This document shows positions 58,868 to 64,000 of a DNA stretch of 64,000 nucleotides, piece after piece (positions within the stretch are counted from its first letter, which is position 1; each line of letters begins with the position of its first letter). Under the pieces are notes generated by a model. It searched no databases and was not told the origin of the DNA. It was given only the letters and a program-made list of their open reading frames with translations. Where the stretch lies: contig CAVPOC010000008.1 in NCBI GenBank assembly GCA_963706955.1, forward strand, positions 224,001 to 288,000, in the 5' to 3' direction. Made by a program: the position numbers and the translations under genes. Source of the DNA: an uncultured Verrucomicrobiae bacterium. Its GTDB lineage: Bacteria; Verrucomicrobiota; Verrucomicrobiia; Chthoniobacterales; Terrimicrobiaceae.

Positions 58868-61021
58868 CTAACCTTTTGAAACGGGAGAACTCTCGGTGCC
58901 GTAAAACCTCTTCTGTTGGCGTGTCATCTCGATGAGCAGATCGCAGGGAGCAAACTGGCGTTCCCTCGTCTTGGTGAGTCGTTCAAGAGTTTCAGTGACC
59001 TTGGCGATGCCAACGCTGTCTGCATAGCGCAACGGACCGCCTCGAAAAGGAGCGAAGCCCGTGCCCATAATCATCGCAAAATCGACATCTCTCGGATCCT
59101 CGACGACACGTTCTTCGAGGCATCTGGCAGCTTCGTTAATCATCAGGAACACCATCCGTTCTTGGAGCTGTTCACGGGTCAGGCTTGCCTTGTCGTCAGC
59201 CTCTCGAAGATCGATGGCAAGGCGATTCACCCCGGCAACACGGCCGTTTTGATACTCGTAGAATCCTCTTTCGGTCTTCTTTCCTTTGATGTTGGCCGCG
59301 AGCAATTGGGCAAAAAGACCCGGCGTATGCATGCGGTCCGGAAACGCTCGACAGAGTGTCTCTCCGACATCGGCGGCCACGTCCAGGCCGACCTCGTCGA
59401 GGAGGCGGAGTGGTCCCATGGGCATTCCGAAGTCGAGCATGCTCTCGTCAAGCGCCTCAACATGCGCGCCCGCGACAAACAGGCGCACCGCTTCCAACAA
59501 ATAGGGCAAAAGGATGCGGTTGACGAGAAAACCGGGTCGGTCCTTGACCACGACGGGAAGTTTGCCGATGCGTTGGACGAAAGCCACCGCGGTATCGACT
59601 GCGAAATCCGAGGTCAGCTCACCTCGGGCAATTTCAACGAGCTTCATCCGGTGCACCGGGTTGAAGAAGTGCAGCCCGACAACGCGTGCAGGGTCGCGCA
59701 AGCCACGACTAATCTCGGTCACCGAGAGCGCGGACGTGTTTGTCGCCAGGATCGTGTCAGAGCGAACGCGCTCTTCGAGATCAGCGAAGATGGCTTTCTT
59801 GACCTGCATATTCTCGGAAGCCGCCTCGACAACCAGATCGATTGACTTCATCGGCGCCGCAATCTCCGCGGGAAAGATCCGGTCCATTCCGGCGCGCGCC
59901 TCGGAACGGGAGAGTATTCGGCGCCGTCTCGCCTCGGCGAAGAGCTTTTCCGCACGCTGCAGCCCCTGGGCGAGTGGCTCAGGACCCACGTCGCTCAGCA
60001 AGACCGCCTTGCCGCGCGCGGCAAACCACTGGGCAATCCCCGCTCCCATGACTCCTGAACCGATCACCGCCGTCTTCTCGATGGATGCTGCCTTCGGAGA
60101 CGGCAGGTGCTTCGCTCGATCCTGGAGAAAGAAGACCCGAATAAGATTACTCGAGACGTCGCCGGCGGCGAGGGCGAGAATGGCTTTCTTTTCGGAGGCA
60201 AGCGACTGCGGGATGCTGCGAACAACCGCCTTTGTCACGACATCAATCGCCCGGAGAGCGGCGGGATAGTGTCCGCGCGTTTTCTTCAACACGGACTTTC
60301 TCGCCACCGCGGCCACAGCCTGCCATGCGGGAATCCATACCAGATGGCGGAAGCTGCGGCGCGGCTTTCCTTTATTGACAAAGAGCTTGGCCAGGAGAGT
60401 CAAACGTTCCCGGGGAGCGATTGCGTCCACGAGGCCAAGCTTCCGCGCCTTCGAGCTCGGCATCAAGTCCCCGCCGAGAATCACCTTTAGAGCTCGCGGC
60501 AGGCCGATCAAGCGCGGTAGCCGGGTTGACCCTCCCCATGCCGGAATCAGACCAAGATTAGTCTCGGGAAGACCGATCTTGGTGACGTGGGCGTCACTGG
60601 CCACGCGATAGTCGCAGGCGAGGGACATCTCGAAGCCTCCGCCGGCACACGCCCCGTGAATGGCGGCGACGGTCACACAGCGAAGAGCCGCTATTCTGGT
60701 AAAAATCTGCTGCCCGAGCTCGACCAGGCCGGCGCGATCTTGCGTCCCGGCGAGCTCTCTCAAATCGGCACCTGCGATAAAGACTGCGGGCTTGGAACTC
60801 AGGAAGATAACGCCGCGCAGCGATCGTCGACCCAAGTCGTTCACGATCGCTGCCAAGTGACCAAGGGTCGCTGTGTCGAACACGTTCACCGAGCTGCCTA
60901 GGCGATCGAATCGGACGAGAGCGATCCCATCTTCATCCGTCTCCAGCAGCACCGAAGGTGTTACCTCTGCTGGACCAGATTGCTCGACGCGCGTCGTAGC
61001 TTCGGCAACGCTGGCATTCAT
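58868..61021 (-). CDS. fadJ: Multifunctional enoyl-CoA hydratase/3-hydroxyacyl-CoA dehydrogenase (FadJ/FadB-like)
   Basis: FIAGAD, GGGFE..LACD, GLPE..LG..P..GG; GSGVMG, NTSAL, HFFNP, GF.PFRGGP. ATG 61021 overlaps the thiolase stop. Confidence 0.9.
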   Translation of the reverse strand: MNASVAEATTRVEQSGPAEVTPSVLLETDEDGIALVRFDRLGSSVNVFDTATLGHLAAIVNDLGRRSLRGVIFLSSKPAVFIAGADLRELAGTQDRAGLVELGQQIFTRIAALRCVTVAAIHGACAGGGFEMSLACDYRVASDAHVTKIGLPETNLGLIPAWGGSTRLPRLIGLPRALKVILGGDLMPSSKARKLGLVDAIAPRERLTLLAKLFVNKGKPRRSFRHLVWIPAWQAVAAVARKSVLKKTRGHYPAALRAIDVVTKAVVRSIPQSLASEKKAILALAAGDVSSNLIRVFFLQDRAKHLPSPKAASIEKTAVIGSGVMGAGIAQWFAARGKAVLLSDVGPEPLAQGLQRAEKLFAEARRRRILSRSEARAGMDRIFPAEIAAPMKSIDLVVEAASENMQVKKAIFADLEERVRSDTILATNTSALSVTEISRGLRDPARVVGLHFFNPVHRMKLVEIARGELTSDFAVDTAVAFVQRIGKLPVVVKDRPGFLVNRILLPYLLEAVRLFVAGAHVEALDESMLDFGMPMGPLRLLDEVGLDVAADVGETLCRAFPDRMHTPGLFAQLLAANIKGKKTERGFYEYQNGRVAGVNRLAIDLREADDKASLTREQLQERMVFLMINEAARCLEERVVEDPRDVDFAMIMGTGFAPFRGGPLRYADSVGIAKVTETLERLTKTRERQFAPCDLLIEMTRQQKRFYGTESSPVSKG

Positions 61022-62268
61022 GGGCATTCAAGCCAGAGCGCCGCTCCTTGACCTCCTCCGACACACAAGGTGACCAGGGCCTTCTCGCCCCCGGTGCGTC
61101 GCAGTTGCTTCAGCGCTGTGAGAACCAGGCGCGCGCCGCTGGCACCCACTGGATGACCAAGCGCAATCGCACCCCCATTGACATTAAGCTTTTCGTCTGC
61201 AATTTCCCCGATCCCGATTGCCTTCAATTCACGTAAGACGGCGAGCACCTGCGCGGCAAAGGCCTCGTTGATCTCGACAAGATCGGCATCGCCAAGGCCC
61301 AGATGCAACCGCTTGAGTAGACGATCAACGGCATAGACCGGGCCAAGTCCCATGCGCTTAGGATCACATCCTGCATAAGCAAAGTCGCGGATGATGCCCA
61401 AAGGCTCGAGGTTCAGCTCGCGGGCGACCGACGTTGTTCCCACCAGCAACGCCACGGCTCCATCGGTAATCTGGGACGAATTTCCCGCCGTAACGGTCCC
61501 TGTCACCGGTTCAAATATTGGCCGCAGCTTGGCGAGTGCTTCCAGGGTTTGATTCGGTCGCACGCCGTTGTCGTGCAGGACGGCGGTTCCTCGCGAAGTG
61601 TCGTAGACCGGCACGATCTCCTCCGCCAGTCTCTCGGCAGCCGCACTGGCGCGCATGTGCGAACGCAAGGCGAAAAGGTCCTGCGCGCTCCGCTCGATCT
61701 CGAACTCACGCGCGAGAATTTCAGCGGTTTGTCCCATATTCAATTCGCACACCGGATCGGTCAGCCCCAACTTCAAGGCGGGTGTGGGAATCAGATCGCG
61801 TGGACGCAATCGCGCCGCGGCACGCGCCTTTTGCAAAAAGCCCTTTCCGCCCACAAGAGAGGCAAATTTAGCTCCCGCAGACTTTGGAAAAAGCAGCGGA
61901 ATACTCGACATACTTTCAACCCCTCCGACGAGGTAGAGATCTCCCTGACCGCAGCGGATGCGCAGCATCGCTTGGGTAATGGCCTCCGTCCCGGAAGCAC
62001 AATTTCTTTGCACGGTAACTGCAGGAACGTGATTCGGGACACCCGATCGCAACGCGGCGACTCGCGCCAAGTTTGGGGCATCTGCCGGCTGCGCCACGCA
62101 GCCAAAAATCACTTCATCGATCAGTGTCGGATCAATCCCCGTTCGCACCAAGACCCCAAGCATGGCGATACGCGCCAAATCCGCGGCGCCCAATCCGGCT
62201 AGGCTCGTGCCCAACTTGGCGAACGGCGTCCGCACGCCGGCGATAATCGCAATTTCCTCACTATTCAT
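61018..62268 (-). CDS. 3-ketoacyl-CoA thiolase (FadI/FadA-like)
   Basis: RTPF, NCASG, NEAFA, GHPVGASG, LCVGGGQG. Confidence 0.94.
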   Translation of the reverse strand: MNSEEIAIIAGVRTPFAKLGTSLAGLGAADLARIAMLGVLVRTGIDPTLIDEVIFGCVAQPADAPNLARVAALRSGVPNHVPAVTVQRNCASGTEAITQAMLRIRCGQGDLYLVGGVESMSSIPLLFPKSAGAKFASLVGGKGFLQKARAAARLRPRDLIPTPALKLGLTDPVCELNMGQTAEILAREFEIERSAQDLFALRSHMRASAAAERLAEEIVPVYDTSRGTAVLHDNGVRPNQTLEALAKLRPIFEPVTGTVTAGNSSQITDGAVALLVGTTSVARELNLEPLGIIRDFAYAGCDPKRMGLGPVYAVDRLLKRLHLGLGDADLVEINEAFAAQVLAVLRELKAIGIGEIADEKLNVNGGAIALGHPVGASGARLVLTALKQLRRTGGEKALVTLCVGGGQGAALWLECP

Positions 62269-63767
62269 TTGTTTGCGGTGGGGAAAGGGTTGCTCACCTC
62301 GACCTTGGATCGACGGTCGACGACTTTTTGTTCCTTAAGTTTTTCTCCCACGCCTTGAAGTTGTCGCATCTCGGTGTCGCTATGAAACTCGATACGATTG
62401 GGATGAAGCTCGGCGCGTTCGAAGAGCGTGCGCTTGATCTCCTTTGAAATCGAACTCTCCTCACCGCCATCGGCCAGGCAAACGTGCAAAACCAGCTCGT
62501 CGACCTCCATCGGATCATCGTTTGCCTTGCAGAGCTCGATCTGCCAGGAGCCCACGTGCGGCATATCGTCCAGGACATGCTCGAGCTCGTTGAAATCAAC
62601 GAGGGTGCCTTTGACCTTGTCGAGTTGCATCTCACGAAAGTCCGACCGCCGTGATATCCTTCCCAAGAGTCGCGGCATGGTGCGTCCGCAATATGGACAC
62701 GGTTCGTAGCTCAGACCGCCTTCGATAATGTCGCCCGTTCGGTAGCGCAAAACCACGGATCCGCGGGAGTCGAGCGATGTATAGACGATTTCGCCCGGTT
62801 GGCCGTCTTCGCAGAGGGCTCCGGTCTCTGGATCGACGACTTCGACGATACCCAGATCGGGATAAAGGTGGTAGCCGGACGGCTCCGCCCCCACCGGAAA
62901 GAGACACTCGCACCAGGCCATCTTCGCCTCGGTAAAGCCGTAAGTTGAGATGACGTCAATGTCTTCGGCCCCCACTTGAGAGGCGCACTCCTGAAGCTTC
63001 CGTCGCAATCCTTGCGGGACCTTCTCCCCACCGAGGACGACGCCTCGTAACTTGTCGCAGCGCACACCATCGAGCGCAGCTTCCCGGAGAACGTGGTAAA
63101 CAAATGTCGGCATGCCGATGAGGACATCGGGATTCACCTTCCGGAGCATGCGAATATTGCCATCGGTTCCAACCGTTTTTCCTCCGCCAGAACTTAACAT
63201 GAAGACGCCAAATGCTGTTCCGGCGTAATGGGTCTGCCAGAAGGCGAGATGGGGCGCGAACGGAAACATGTTGAGCATACGATCACTGCTGCCAGCACCG
63301 GCAAGCTGCATGAGACGAAAGCCCGCGGTTCGCAGGAGAGCGAGGTCGTGAGCAGTGTAAACAAAAGGAACCGGATCGGACGACCGTCCTGTCGTGCTCG
63401 TCATGAAGATTGGCCGAAACTCGCGATCCAGCTCCCGTCGAGTTCGACTCACTCCCCTCAGGAGACCGCGAAGAATCGTCAAGGGACGTCGCGCGAGTTG
63501 CTTTGGATCTGGAGCGATAACAAATCCCCGGGTCTTCTCCGCCCCGCCCGCCAAGTCTTTTTTGGAGGTAAAGGGAATTTCTTGAAGATCCTCGAGTTTT
63601 TCGATGACCCGCCAAGTAAGCCCGTGCTGGCGAAAGAGATCTTGATAATGCGAATGGAATGGCAACACCACGTCGCGCAGGTAGGTGCGAAGCTGCTTCG
63701 CTTGCAGCTCACGAAGCGTCTGCCTAGGCAACTTGTGCCAACAAGTCTTGAGTCGTTTGGCGTTCAT
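62265..63767 (-). CDS. Phenylacetate-CoA-ligase (PaaK)-like adenylate-forming enzyme
   Basis: IPFTSK.DL, STTGRSSDP, GGE, YGFTE, EVVDPETG, LRYRTGD, CPYCGRT.PR. Confidence 0.85.
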   Translation of the reverse strand: MNAKRLKTCWHKLPRQTLRELQAKQLRTYLRDVVLPFHSHYQDLFRQHGLTWRVIEKLEDLQEIPFTSKKDLAGGAEKTRGFVIAPDPKQLARRPLTILRGLLRGVSRTRRELDREFRPIFMTSTTGRSSDPVPFVYTAHDLALLRTAGFRLMQLAGAGSSDRMLNMFPFAPHLAFWQTHYAGTAFGVFMLSSGGGKTVGTDGNIRMLRKVNPDVLIGMPTFVYHVLREAALDGVRCDKLRGVVLGGEKVPQGLRRKLQECASQVGAEDIDVISTYGFTEAKMAWCECLFPVGAEPSGYHLYPDLGIVEVVDPETGALCEDGQPGEIVYTSLDSRGSVVLRYRTGDIIEGGLSYEPCPYCGRTMPRLLGRISRRSDFREMQLDKVKGTLVDFNELEHVLDDMPHVGSWQIELCKANDDPMEVDELVLHVCLADGGEESSISKEIKRTLFERAELHPNRIEFHSDTEMRQLQGVGEKLKEQKVVDRRSKVEVSNPFPTANK

Positions 63768-64000
63768 GAAGGGGTGCGTTGATGAGCTTCCGAATCTCGC
63801 CGAGCTTGGCTTCAGTTTCCTGACGGCCGAGGGAGATGTAACGTGCAGGCGCGCTGAAATCGTGCCACCGGCCTTCGCAGGAGTACGGTCTAAGCACTAC
63901 GTTTGCCTTGCGGCAGGATGCTTCCGCAAGACGTGTCTGCGCCGCATGCATACTGCGCATCAAAGTATCAAAAGAATTGCCACTCGCGAACGGATTCAAC
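63724..64000 (-). CDS. Patatin-like phospholipase, C-terminal fragment (5' end outside the window)
   Basis: DTLMRSM...Q..LA....ANVVLRP......HDF......SLGR.....L..I matches the RssA/NTE-type patatin C-terminus; catalytic motifs are not in the window. Confidence 0.6.
   Translation of the reverse strand, partial: LNPFASGNSFDTLMRSMHAAQTRLAEASCRKANVVLRPYSCEGRWHDFSAPARYISLGRQETEAKLGEIRKLINAPLHERQTTQDLLAQVA

Overview
A 64-kb, GC-rich, gene-dense bacterial chromosome segment. The gene set suggests Verrucomicrobiota, probably Chthoniobacterales/Terrimicrobium-like (inferred from an Amuc_1098-1102-type pilus-like locus, a class Ic-like RNR and two rho genes; no search was run). Most of it is housekeeping: argF/argD, purC, xerD, accA, ispH, mazG, yebC, trpD, aroD, coaE, nrdBA, ribBA-ribH-nusB-ftsY, hldD and a beta-oxidation operon. 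No rRNA, tRNA, CRISPR array, prophage or transposase was recognised. The most notable observations are: (1) two Rho paralogs with complementary defects, one with an intact RNA-binding OB fold but a disordered Pro/basic N-terminus, the other with the N-terminal helical region but a degenerate primary RNA-binding site; (2) a type IV pilus-like assembly locus with two tandem TPR-secretins; (3) a patatin + PaaK-like CoA ligase + thiolase/FadJ/ACAD operon; (4) a tyrosyl-radical-less (class Ic-like) ribonucleotide reductase with tandem NrdR boxes; (5) an apparently catalytically dead LysM-YkuD protein next to a heavily frameshifted L,D-transpeptidase pseudogene that the ORF track splits across frames; (6) a 300-bp MITE inserted at the xerD stop codon; (7) GTAG-headed REP-like doublets with covarying stems; (8) a structured, attenuator-like leader and a parS-like palindrome upstream of yebC-rho. 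All family calls come from motif recognition by eye.
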